Below are positions 49,798 to 61,102 of a stretch of 64,000 nt of DNA, one piece after another. The notes beneath the pieces were generated by a model that was not told the DNA's origin, searched no databases, and saw only the letters and a program-made list of their open reading frames with translations. How positions within the stretch are numbered: the stretch's first letter is position 1; every line of letters starts with the position of its first letter. This DNA is from Mustelus asterias. Its lineage: Eukaryota. The stretch is from the NCBI RefSeq assembly GCF_964213995.1, contig NC_135808.1:22940001-23004000 (forward strand). The letters run 5' to 3'. The position numbers and the translations under genes were made by a program.

Positions 49798-50562
49798 TTG
49801 TTGCAAGTAAACAGGGCCTTGGTGAGGCCACACCTCGAATATTGTGTGCAGTTTTGGTCTCCTTTTCTGAGGAAGGATGTTCTTGCTCTCGAGGGAGTGC
49901 AGCAAAAGTTTACCAGGCTGATTCCGGGGATGGCGGGACTGATGTATGAGAAGAGATTGACTAGGTTAGGATTGTTTTCGCTGGAGTTCAGACGAATGAG
50001 GGGGGATCTCATAGAGACTTATAAAATTCTAACAGGACTAGAAAGGGTAAATGCAGGGAGGATATTCCCAATGGTGGGGGAGTCCCAAACCAGGGATCAC
50101 AGCCTGAGGATTCAGGGTGGACCATTTAGGATTGAGGTGAGGAGACATTTCTTCACCCAAAGTGTGGTGAGCCTGTGGAATTCATTACCACAGGAAGTAG
50201 CTGATGCTAAAACATTGAATGTATTCAAGACGCAACTGGATAAAGCACTTGGCGAATGGGATCAAAGGTTATGGAGAAAAAGCAGGATTAGGCTATTGGA
50301 TTGGATGATCAGCATGATTGTAATGAATGGCGGAGCAGACTCGAAAGGTCAAATGGCCTCCTCCTGCTCCTATCTTCTATGTTTCTGTGTTTCTATGGAC
50401 CAATTCTTCCTGTTTCAGCTTTGCAGGTCCAAAATGCAGACAGGTTACACTCAGATGAGGATTCTCTGGCAGCAGGTTGTGAACCAGACACAACTTGAGG
50501 CAAGGCAGAGAGAGAATCAGGTTGCGTTGCCTTCATTTTCCAACTTTTTGCCCAAAGAGACT

Positions 50563-50860
50563 CATGGAATGCCTACAGAGCAGAAGAGGCCATTCAGCCC
50601 ATTGAACCTGCACCAACAACAATCCCATCCAGGCCCTATTCCTGTAACCTCACATATATACCCTGTTAAACCCCCTGACATTAAGGGGCAATTTAGCATC
50701 ACTAATCCACCTAACCAGCACATCTTTGGACTGTGGGAGGAAACCAGAGAACCCAGAGGAAACCCATGCAGACACAATCAGTCACCCAAAGGTGGAATTG
50801 AATCTGGGTCCCTGGCACGGTGAGGGAGCAGTGCTGACCACTGTGCCATCATGGCACCCC
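50563..50860 (-). mobile_element. HE1-like SINE
   Basis: Reverse-complement SINE head and body. Confidence 0.78.
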
Positions 50861-51823
50861 AATTCAATTCAAACCAGCAGTTTCAAAACTTAAAGTTTCT
50901 CCCTGCCGTGTGATTTCCAGAACACCACGAGACTTTGCTTTTCAGTTTTATTACCCAGCAATTAAAGTGAATCCAGTTCAAAACTAGCAAACAACTCTTC
51001 CTCAAGTACCATACAGGTCAGGTGAAGGCAGGCTGGCTCCCTGTCCAAGGGGTATTTATGGCCCTCTTTTGAGAAAAAAACTCCAAGTCAGTATCAACTA
51101 TCCGGACAATGCAATATGTTTCCATGTTTTATGAAAGATATGCGTTTCCCAACACATTGAATTGTCCCAGTGTCATTCAGAAGTCCCTTATCTCCAATAA
51201 TATTCCAGCAAATCTCCTCTGCACCCTCTCTAATACGTTGATATTCCTCCTAAAACACTATGACCAGAAGTGGGGTCAATTCTCCAGCTGGGATCTAATC
51301 AATATTTTATCAATGTTCAGCGTGATCTCCTTGCTTTTGTACTCTGTGCCTCTATTTATAAAGCAATGGGGTCCAGATGCTTCTTTCACAGTCTCATCAC
51401 ACCTTCCTGCCAGCCTCATACTCACTCAGGTCTCTCTGTTCCTGCAATCCCTTTATAACTGTACCAATCAGTTTACATTACCTCTGTACATTCTTCTGCT
51501 CAAACTGCATCACTTCAAATACTTCACTGGATTGTATATCAGCTGCCCTGTGTCTGCCCATTTCACCAACCTGTCTAATGGAACATTGATTGTGTCTGGA
51601 TGGGAGACAAAGTGATGGAAGTGAAGCTTCAGTTTCACAGAGTCTTTGTTCAGAGCCTGTCTGGAGTAACTGTGTTCAGTTCTGGACACCGCACCTCAGG
51701 AAGGGGAGATTGGTGTTGGAGAGGGTTCCGATCACCAGAATAATAAAAGGAGGTTAAATGAAAGAGGTTTTTATCCCCCAGAGTTTATCTGATTGGACAG
51801 TTCTCAATATTGAGGCAGTTTCT

Positions 51824-51886
51824 CAACCTGTTTGTGTCTATTCTGCCGGAGACTGATGACTCACTGAATCTCTTTATTCTGATTGG
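51824..51886 (+). promoter_or_regulatory. SXY-like promoter module, locus D
   Basis: CAACCT 51824-51829, TGACTCA 51857-51863, CTGATTGG 51879-51886; additional CCAAT boxes on each side. Confidence 0.7.
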
Positions 51887-52009
51887 TTTAAATCCTATTT
51901 TGTGTCCAATCAGATTGAGGCTCAGTGTAAACAGGGAAAGACAGAAGGAGTGAGTTGAGAAAATGGCCTTTTGTTTGAAAAAGAGTTTCCTCCAAATGTT
52001 TCTCCCAAC

Positions 52010-52073
52010 ATGAGGGAAGCAGCAATGATTGGACTGATAGAGCTGGTCCTTCTGTGTGGAGAGGTGTCTGCAG
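52010..52073 (+). CDS. Locus D exon 1, leader peptide
   Basis: MREAAMIGLIELVLLCGEVSA then CAG|GTGAGT. Confidence 0.8.
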
Positions 52074-52416
52074 GTGAGTGATGGGGTGTGAGAGGGGCAA
52101 TGCCAGGCTGGGTACTGGGGCATTAACCCTGGGTCAGTGAGTGATGGGGTGTGAGAGGGGCAAAGCCAGGCTGGGTACTGGGGCATTAACCCTGGGTCAG
52201 TGAGTGATGGGGTGTGAGAGGGGCAATGCCAGGCTGGGTACTGGGGCATTAACCCTGGGTCAGTGAGTGATGGGGTGTGAGAGGGGCAATGCCAGGCTGG
52301 GTACTGGGGCATTAACCCTGGGTCACTGAGTGATGGGGTGTGAGAGGGGCAATGTCAGGCTGGGTGGAGGCCTTGCTCTCGGTTTGGAATCAGTGTTTTG
52401 GGGTTCATGCCCTGAT

Positions 52417-52452
<36 letters not shown>

Positions 52453-55400
52453 GTGTTGGTGTTTTTAGGGTGTCTATCCTGAATTCTCTCTCTCTCTATT
52501 CCAGGCTCTCACTCTCTCCGGTATTTCTTCACGGGAATGACTCCGATCCCGGGTTTCCCGGAGTTTGTGGCTGTCGGTTCTGTGGACGGTGTCCAGTTTG
52601 TTTTGTACGACAGCGATCGGAGGGAGCTGATCCCCCGGGAGCAGTGGATGGTGGAGAGCGAGGGTCGGGCAGCCTGGGAGCGGAAGAAGGATCTCGCACA
52701 GGAGCAGGAGATGTACTCCAAACTTACTGTTCCACTGCTCATGACCCGCACCAACCAGACAGGAGGTGAGTGCTCACTCTCCCAGCACCCTGGATCCAGG
52801 TGGGAATGAGGAGAAACCCAGAGTGGATCAGGAACCGGGAGCCAGAGGCTGATTGGCTGCGATTGGAGATGTGACAAGAAATGTGATTGGCTGTGAATGT
52901 GTGGAGGGATTGTTTCCAGGGAGGTCTGGCTCTGATTGGCTGTGTGTGAGGGGGGGGGGGGGGGGCAGAGTACTTGATGTTGATTGGCTGGTAGGATGAG
53001 ATCGTCCAGTGAGACTAGTTCTGAGTGGCTGTGCAGGTGGGATCGCCCATTGGGACTGTCTCTGATTGGCTGTTTGTGTTTCTGATCCTTAGGGATCCAT
53101 GTTTACCAGCTGATGACTGGCTGTGACCTGAGGGATGATGGGACCACGAGTGGATTCAACCAAAGGGGATGGGACGGAGATGATTTTATCAGCTTCGACA
53201 AGGATCACATGATGTGGGTGACCCCGGTGCCCTGGGGAGAGATCACCAAAAACAAGTTGGACAGGAGCACAGTCGACATTCAGCGATGGAAACATTACCT
53301 GGAGGTGGAGTGTATCGAGTGGCTGAGGAAATACCTGGAGTACGGACAGAAAGAATTGAGAGTCTGTGAGTGAGGGGGGAGTGAGAGTTGGTGAGTGAGG
53401 GGGGGGAGTGAGAGTCGGTGAGTGAGGGGTGAGTGAAAGTCGGTGAGTGAGGGGGGGAGTGAGAGGCGGTGAGTGAGGGGGGAGTGAGAGTCGGTGAGTG
53501 AGGGGGGAGTGAGAGTCGGTGAGGGAGGGAGGGAGCGAGAGTCGGTGAGTGAGGGGGGAGTGAGAGTCGGTGAGTGAGGGGAGTGAGAGTCGGTGAGTGA
53601 GGGGGGAGTGAGAGTCAGTGAGTGAGGGGGGAGTGAGAGTCGGTGAGTGAGGGGGGAGTGAGAGTCGGTGAGTGAGGGGGGAGTGAGAGTCGGTGAGTGA
53701 GGGGGGAGTGAGAGTCGGTGAGTGAGAGGGGAGTGAGAGTCGGTGAGTGAGGGGGGAGTGAGAGTCGGTGAGTGAGGGGGGAGTGAGAGTCGGTGAGTGA
53801 GGGGGGAGTGAGAGTCGGTGAGTGAGGGGGGAGTGAGAGTCGGGGAGTGAGAGTCGGTGAGTGAGGGGGGAGTGAGAGTCGGTGAGTGAGGGGGGAGTGA
53901 GAGTCGGTGAGTGAGGGGGGGTGAGAGTCGGTGAGTGAGGGGGGAGTGAGAGTCGGTGAGTGAGGGAGGAGTGAGAGTCGGGGAGTGAGAGTCGGTGAGT
54001 GAGGGGGGAGTGAGAGTCGGTGAGTGAGGGGGGAGTGAGAGTCGGTGAGTGAGGGGAGTGAGAGTCGGTGAGTGAGGGGGGAGTGAGAGTCGGTGAGTGA
54101 GGGGGGGTGAGAGTCGGTGAGTGAGGGGGGAGTGAGAGTCGGTGAGTGAGGGGGGAGTGAGAGTCGGTGAGTGAGGGGGGAGTGAGAGTCGGTGAGTGAG
54201 GGGGGAGTGAGAGTCGGTGAGTGAGAGTCGGTGAGTGAGAGTCGGTGAGTGAGGGGGGAGTGAGAGTCGGTGAGTGAGGGGAGTGAGAGTCGGTGAGTGA
54301 GGGGGGAGTGAGAGTCGGTGAGTGGGGGGGGGTGAGAGTCGGTGAGTGAGGGGGGAGTGAGAGTCGGTGAGTGAGGGGGAGTGAGAGTCGGTGAAGGGGG
54401 TGATGCCGGGACTCTTATCTCGAGGTTCCTGTACTGACTCCTCTTTCTTTCTCTCTCAGTTGCCCCCGTCGTGTCCTTTACCCGTCTGGGTGATTCTAAC
54501 CGGCTGTCCTGTGCCGTCACCGGGTTTTACCCTCAAGCCATCGAGGTGAATGTGTGGAGAAACGGAGTGATGATTGATGAGACTCTGTCCAGTGGGATCT
54601 TACCCAATCACGACAGCTCCTACCAGATCCGGAAATGGGTCGAGTTTGATCCAGAGGACCAGGCCGAGTATTCCTGTCGGGTGGAACACAGCGGGATGAA
54701 GGAGACACTGGTGGTGATTTACGGTAAGACTGTTTCTCACTGTTAGAGAGGACCCAGCCTCAGACCAGGATCACAGGAGGGAGGGTCAGTGCTGAGCTGT
54801 CAACCCAGGATATATAGAGAGGGAAATAAATCTTATTCAATGCGTTATATATCATGGTTCCACAGTGCAACGTGATACAGCGTATCATTGGATATTGGGA
54901 TCGCACTGGACCTGGTGTAACATTGGACACAAGAGTAGGTCTGGGCCTGGTGTATTCTGGGATATTACAGTATGGTGGGGCCCAGTGAACCCTGGGATAT
55001 TGCAGTAGTACAGACCGTGGTATATCCTGAGATACTCTCGTAGGACACATCCCAGTGAACCCTGGGATATTGCAGTGGTACAGACCGTGGTGTATCCTGA
55101 GATATTCTCGTAGGACAAAAACCAGTGTATCCTGGGATGTTGCAGTGTGTCAGGGTCTGGTGTATCCTGGGATATTACAGGAGGTTGGGCACCGTGGAAT
55201 ATCAGAGGATGGAGAGAGCCTGGTGTATCCAAGAAACAATGCTTTTCACTGTGTACCAATACATGTGACAATAATAAATCACATCAAATATTACAGTAGG
55301 ACTGGACCCAGTGCATCCTGGAAGTTTGCTTCAGTCAGATTAAGATCAGTATTCAGAGAAATAATGGAATTCCTTCTATTGGAGACAATTCATGAAAATC

Positions 55401-57966
55401 TAGAATCAAATACTATAACAATGAATATTCAGCATGGATTTTGAAATGGAAAATCTTGTTTTACTCCAATTAGTGGATTTTTTGAGGATGTAACAAAGGG
55501 AATAGACAATGGTAATGTAATAGATATAATATCATATAATTTTTTTAATGTAATAGAAAAGGGGGTTCGTGATGGACTGATTGACAAGGTGAAAGCATGT
55601 GGAGTTAGGGGATGAGTGACAGAATGGATCACTCACTGACTTTGGGACAGAAAACAGAGAGTGTGAGTAAAGGGTGTTTCAGAGTTACAGAAAGTGTTCC
55701 ACAAGGATCAGTGCTGGGATCACCGCTGTTCACAAGTTACACTCCATAACTTGGATATTGGAATCAAAAATACCATTTCTTAATTTGCAGATAACATCAA
55801 ATTGGGAGAATTATTTGATTTTGAGGAGAACTGGAATAAATTAATAGGACATGAATAAACTTGAACAAATAGTTGGTAAATAAAGTTCAGCACAGTTAAA
55901 CGTGAGGTATTTTTCAGTTAACGATGAATAGGGAGGGTTGAGGAACAAAGGGATCTTGATGTACAAATACACCAATCAGTAAACATAGAGTTACAGGTTA
56001 GACAATAAACAAAATACAATCGAAAACCAGGTTTGATTTCTCCAGGGATAGAATTGTAAAGTAGTGACTTTATTGCTAAACCTGTATCAAACCTTGGTTA
56101 GACCACATTTAAAGACCGTGTGCAGTTCCGGTCACCATTTCATAAAAAGGATATAGAGTCAGGGGAGAGAGTGTAGAGAAGATTTACAGAGATGATTCCA
56201 GAAATGAGTGGGTGGACATCTCAGGAAAGGATTGACCGGCTGGGTCTCTGCTCTCGGGAAAACAGAAGGCTGAGGGTTGACCGAATCGAGGATTTAAAAT
56301 TAGGAAAGTTTTTTTTATAGGCCAGACACATCGAGAGTGTTCCTCTTGTGGGAAGAGCATATCCAGTGGCCATCAATACAAGAAACCCAATGGGGAATTC
56401 ATGAGAAACCTCTTCACCCAAAGAGTGATGAGAATGTGGAGCTCGCTGCCACAGGGGGTGGCTGAACTGAACAGTATAGTTTAAGGGGAGGATAGACAAG
56501 CAAATGAGGGAAAGGGGAATAGAGTTAAAATGGTTGAATTAGATGAGGAATGATGGGAGAAGGCTCAAGTGGAACATAAATACCAGTATCAACTAGATGG
56601 GCCGGAAGGCCATTTTCTATGTTGTATATCCTGTGTTTCCTGATTCACTCTCACTCTGATTCTCTCTCACATTTCTCTTTCTTTCACTCTGATTCACTCT
56701 TTCATTCTGTCTCTCTGATCTTTCTCTGTCTCTCATTCTCTCTCTTCCTCACTCTTAGTTGCTCATCCTCTCTCTCATTCTCTCCCACTCGCTCACATTC
56801 TATTTCTCTCTGAGTCTCACTGTTCCCTCTCCCTGATTCACTCAGTCTCTCACATTCTGTCTCTCTGATTCTCACTTTTTTCTCTCCCTGACTCACTCAG
56901 TCTCTCTGATTCTCTCTCTCTAACAGAACCAAAGTCTCGCTCCCAGGTTGCTGTTACTGTCGGGATTGTGGTCGGGGTCCTCGTGCTCATCGCTCTCATC
57001 ATTGTGGCTGTCGTCATCTACAACAAGAAAGGTAGGAATTGGAGGGAAAAGAGCGGTGGGTGAACTGTAGTGGATCCAGGCAGTCCGGGAGGCTGGAATT
57101 GATTCGTGCCATGACTAGCTTTTCGAATCATTTCATAACGATGGATGTCAGAGCCACCGGATGACAGCTCACTGGGGGCAGGGATTCTGGGAGAGTATTC
57201 CAGGGTGGCGGTGGCTCAGGCTGTGGATCTCAGATTGGTGTGGGGGCGGGGATGGGGGGCTGGTGGTTGTACAGAGTGGGTGGAAGAGCTGCAGGTTTGG
57301 GATAGGGATGGTAAGGGGCTCATGATAAAGGATGAGTGTCTGAGAATTGTGGGAAGGGCCTCAAATTGGGTGAGGAGTTCAGGGTATCAGTGAGGGCTCA
57401 GCTAAGAGTGAGGGTCTAGGGACAGGACGGGAGTGATGGTCCAGGGTCAGGGTGGGAGTGAGGGTCTTGTGTCAGGATGGGAGTGAGGGTCTCTGGTTGT
57501 GGTGGGAGTGAGGGTTCAGAATTGTGTTGTTGGGGCTCAGTGCGAGTGAGAGTTCCAGCCTCTGTCTCTGATTTTCTCTCAGTCTCGTCACTCACTGAGC
57601 ATTCCATGTTTTACAGGGAGAGGGAAGAGCAACTACAATCCTGCAAATAGTAAGCTGATCATCAAACATTGTCCCTGTGCAACTGTGTACATCATTGTTC
57701 ATTCTGTTTCAACGTTAGTTTGTGTGTGTGTGTGTGCGTGCATCGTGCGTTTCTGTGTGGGTGTGTGGGCTTCTGTGTGTCGCCGTTAGTATGGGTGTGT
57801 GAGAACCTCTTTCTCTGTGTCTCTCTGTCTCTCTCATTCTCTCTTTATCATATTCACAGTCTCTGCCTCTGTCTCTCTGATGTTGAACAATGTTTTAACA
57901 CCTCTTCTTCCTTTAACAGCTTCTGATGATGGGGATTCCTCATCCAGATCCTCCACAAGTACCTGA
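52010..57966 (+). CDS. MHC class I heavy chain, nonclassical-like (locus D), 7 exons, 348 aa
   Basis: Exons 52010-52073, 52505-52765, 53093-53365, 54460-54723, 56927-57031, 57617-57649, 57920-57966. Phase-1 GT-AG junctions, open frame. Confidence 0.93.
52074..52365. repeat. 63-bp intron-1 minisatellite, locus D
   Basis: About 4.6 copies, starting at the donor. Confidence 0.93.
52505..52765 (+). CDS. Locus D exon 2, alpha1 domain
   Basis: GSHSLRYFFTGMTPIPGFPEF...MTRTNQTG, 261 nt. Confidence 0.93.
53093..53365 (+). CDS. Locus D exon 3, alpha2 domain
   Basis: GIHVYQLMTGCDL...YLEVECIEWLRKYL, 273 nt. Confidence 0.93.
53366..54395. repeat. 25-bp intron-3 minisatellite, locus D
   Basis: About 40 units of GTGAGTGAGGGGGGAGTGAGAGTCG. 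Confidence 0.95.
54460..54723 (+). CDS. Locus D exon 4, alpha3 domain
   Basis: C1-set Ig motifs, 264 nt. Confidence 0.93.
56927..57031 (+). CDS. Locus D exon 5, transmembrane
   Basis: Hydrophobic span followed by YNKK, AG/GT bounded. Confidence 0.88.
57617..57966 (+). CDS. Locus D cytoplasmic exons 6 (57617-57649) and 7 (57920-57966)
   Basis: GRGKSNYNPAN + TSDDGDSSSRSSTST*. Confidence 0.85.
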
Positions 57967-58389
57967 GGTATGAACTGTGTTGATAAATATTGGGAGCTGA
58001 TCCTTCTAACTGGGATATTCCCGCTGGATTTAGCTGTACAATCTGGTGGGTGGGCTGTGAGCTCAGTGTCTGTCTCTCGCTCTATAGTCACTAAAGAGCA
58101 GCTCATCCAATCCAACACTGAGCTTTGAGACTGGCCTTCTGGAGACGGCTGTTCCTGTACAGTCTGAGGGTGGAGACATTGTGGGTGTTGAGGTGTCGAG
58201 ACATCCGGAAACATCTCACCCTGGACAGCCTCCTCTGAGCTGCTCAATTTCCTGAAGGAATTTGTAACTCCCAGACTTTTCCCTGAAGTTGGTCACTGAG
58301 CTGTGCCGCTCCCACAGGTTTTTATTTTAGTCGTGTTTTGTGATGAGTCTGATCATTAGCTGGATGTTTGGGGCGTGGAGTAGAGTTTA

Positions 58390-59330
58390 GGAGTTAAGCT
58401 GGTGATTGGTGGTCTGATGGGTTTCGCTGGTGTTTTGTATTCTATTGGGTTTTGCTGGTGTTTGGGGCTCTGATGGGTTTAGCTGGTGTTTGGGGTCCTG
58501 ATGGGTTTAGCTGGTGTTTGGGGATCTGATGGGTTTTGCTGGTGTTTGGGGGTCTGATGGGTTTTGCTGGTGTTTGGGGCTCCGATGGGTTTTGCTGGTG
58601 TTTGGGGCTCTGATATGTTTTGCTGGTGTTTGGGGGTCTGATGGGTTTAACTGGTGTCAGGGAGTCTGATGGGTTTAGCTGGTGTTTGGGGCTCTGATGG
58701 GTGTAGCTGGTGTTTGGGTTTCTGCTGGGTTATCTGGTGTTTGGAGGTCTGATGGATTGAGCTGGTGTTTGGGGCTCTGATGGGTTAGCTGATGCTTGGG
58801 GTCTGATGGGTTTTGCTGGTGTTTGGGGGTCTGATGGGTTTTGCTGGTGTTTGGGGTCTGATGGGATTTGCTGGTGTTTGGGGCTCTGATGGGTTGAGCT
58901 GGTGTTTGGGGCTCTGATGGGTTCAGCTGGTGTTTGGGGCTCTGATGGGTTTCGCTCGTGTTTGGGGCTCTAATGGGTTTTGCTGGTGTTTGAGGGTCCG
59001 ATGGGTTTCGCTGGTGTTTGGGGATCTGATGGGTTTTGTTGGTGTTTGGGGCTCTGATGGGTTTAGCTGGTGTTTGGAGGTCTGATGGGTTTTGCTGGTG
59101 TTTGGGGCTCTGATGGGTTTAGCTGGTGATTGGTGCTCTGATGGTTTAGCTGGTGTTTGGGGCTCTGATGGGTTTAACTGGTGTTTAGGGCTCTTGTGGG
59201 TTTTGCTGGTGTTTGGGGCTCCGAAGGGTGTTGCTGGTGTTAGGGGCTTTTGTGGGTTTAGCTGCTGTTTGGGGCTCTGATGGGTTTCGCTGGTGTTTCG
59301 GGGGTCTGATGGGTTTTGCTGGTGTTTGTG
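58390..59330. repeat. ~28-bp satellite 3' of locus D
   Basis: Reverse complement of the 1270-2000 unit. Confidence 0.95.
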
Positions 59331-59332
59331 GT

Positions 59333-60240
59333 CATAGAGTCATAGAGGTTTATAGCATGGAAACAGGCCCTTCGACCCAACTTGTCCATGCCGCCCTTAT
59401 ATGTTTTTAAAAACCCCTAAACTAATCCCAATTGCTCGCATTTGGCCCATATCCCTCTATACCCATCGTACCCATGTAACTATCTAAATGCTTTTGAAAA
59501 GATAAAATTGTACCTGCCTCTACTACTACCTCTGGCAGCTTGTTCCAGACACTCACTATCCTCTGTGTGAAAAAATTGCGCCTCTGGACAGTTTTGCATC
59601 TCTCCCCTCTCACCTTAAACCTATGCCCTCTAGTTTTAGACTCCCCGACCTTTGGGAAAAGATATTGACTATCTACCTTGTCTATGCCCCTCATTATTTT
59701 ATAGACCTCTAGAAGGTCACCCCTTAGCCTCCTACACTCCAGAGAAAAAGTCCCAGTCTATTCAGCCTCTCCTCAAAACTCAATCCATCAAGTCCCGGTA
59801 CCATCCTAGTAAATCTTTTCTGCACTCTTTCTAGTTTAATAATATCCTTTCTATATTAGGGTCGACAGAATTGCACACAGCATTCCAAGTGTGGCCTTAC
59901 CAATTCCGTGTACAACTTCAACAAGACGTCCCAACTCCTGTATTCAATGTTCTGACCAATGAAACCAAGCATGCCGAATGCCTTCTTCACCACTCTGTCC
60001 ACCTGTGACTCCACTTTCAAGGAGTTATGAACATGCACTCCGAGATCTCTTTGTTCTGTAACTCTCCCCAACGCCCGACCATTAACTGAGTAACTCCTGC
60101 CCTGGTTCAATCTACCAAAATGCATTACCTCGCATTTGTCGAAATGAAACTCCATCTGCCATTCGCCGGCCCACTGGCCCAATTGATCAAGATCCCGCTG
60201 CAATTGGAGATAACCTTCCTCACTGTCCACCATGCCACAA
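59333..60240 (-). mobile_element. 5'-truncated CR1 (duplicate of 15637-16550)
   Basis: Same breakpoints as the paralog. Confidence 0.9.
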
Positions 60241-61065
60241 ATCTGGGTCTGATGGGTTTTGCTAGTGTTTGGGGTCTGCTGGGTTTAGCTGGTGTTTGGA
60301 GGTCTGATGGGATTTGCTGGTGGTGTGTGGTTGGAATGTTGAAGGAAATAATATTTATGATTGAGAGCGAGGCCATTCAGCCCATCATATCCCTTCCTGT
60401 TCATGAAGAACTCTCCTGCTTAATATCACCTCCTGTACTCGATCTGTAGCTCTGTCGATCACAGCTCTTCAACTCGACGTCCAAGAATGGATTCAATGTG
60501 GTGAGAGTTTCTGCGTCTACCATCCTTTCAGACAGTGCTTCAGCTGTCGTCTATCTGGTGTTGTTACAATTCTAGCAAAACCATTCTGCTGTCTGTCTCA
60601 ACTGATGAAAGAAAAGCATGTTATGTACCTTCTTTACCATGTAATTAACCTGTCCTGAAAACTTTCCCAATCTGTGGACATGCACTCCTGGATCCCTCTG
60701 ATCCTCCACATTACTCATTATCCTCCCATTTACTGGGGAATCCCTTTGCCTTGTTCATCCTCCCGAAATCCATCACCTCTCACTGCTCCAGATTGAATTC
60801 CATTTTCCAATGCTTTTCCCAACTGCTCAGGCCATCTCTATCTTCCTGCAATCTGAAGCTTTCCTCTTCACTGACACCCACACAGATAATATTTGTACCT
60901 CTGTAAACTCTTTATCATTCCCGCTGCATTTGAATCTAAATGATTCACATGAACTACAAAAAGTGAGGGTGTGAGTGCTGGGTCCTGTGGAACCCCCACT
61001 GGTAACAAGAAGTCTTGTTTAGGTCTGAGAAGTCTCTCAACATCAGGTTAAAATCCAATTCGGAA

Positions 61066-61102
61066 TCACGAGCTTTCGGAGAACTGCTCCTTCGTCAGAT
61101 GA
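61066..61102 (-). ncRNA. Minimal hammerhead-ribozyme motif (duplicate of 14776-14812)
   Basis: Identical core on the minus strand. Confidence 0.58.

Larger units (their letters stand above)
48213..50397 (+). mobile_element. CR1 interrupted by a Penelope-like element
   Basis: RT C-terminal motifs on both sides of the insertion. Confidence 0.88.

Noticed and set aside
49726-50823. 365-aa ORF
   Set aside because: Chance read-through across a PLE end, CR1 and an antisense SINE
53615-54520. 301-aa Pro/Ser/Thr/His-rich ORF (also 26228-27004, 2094-2484)
   Set aside because: Antisense translation of the 25-bp minisatellite
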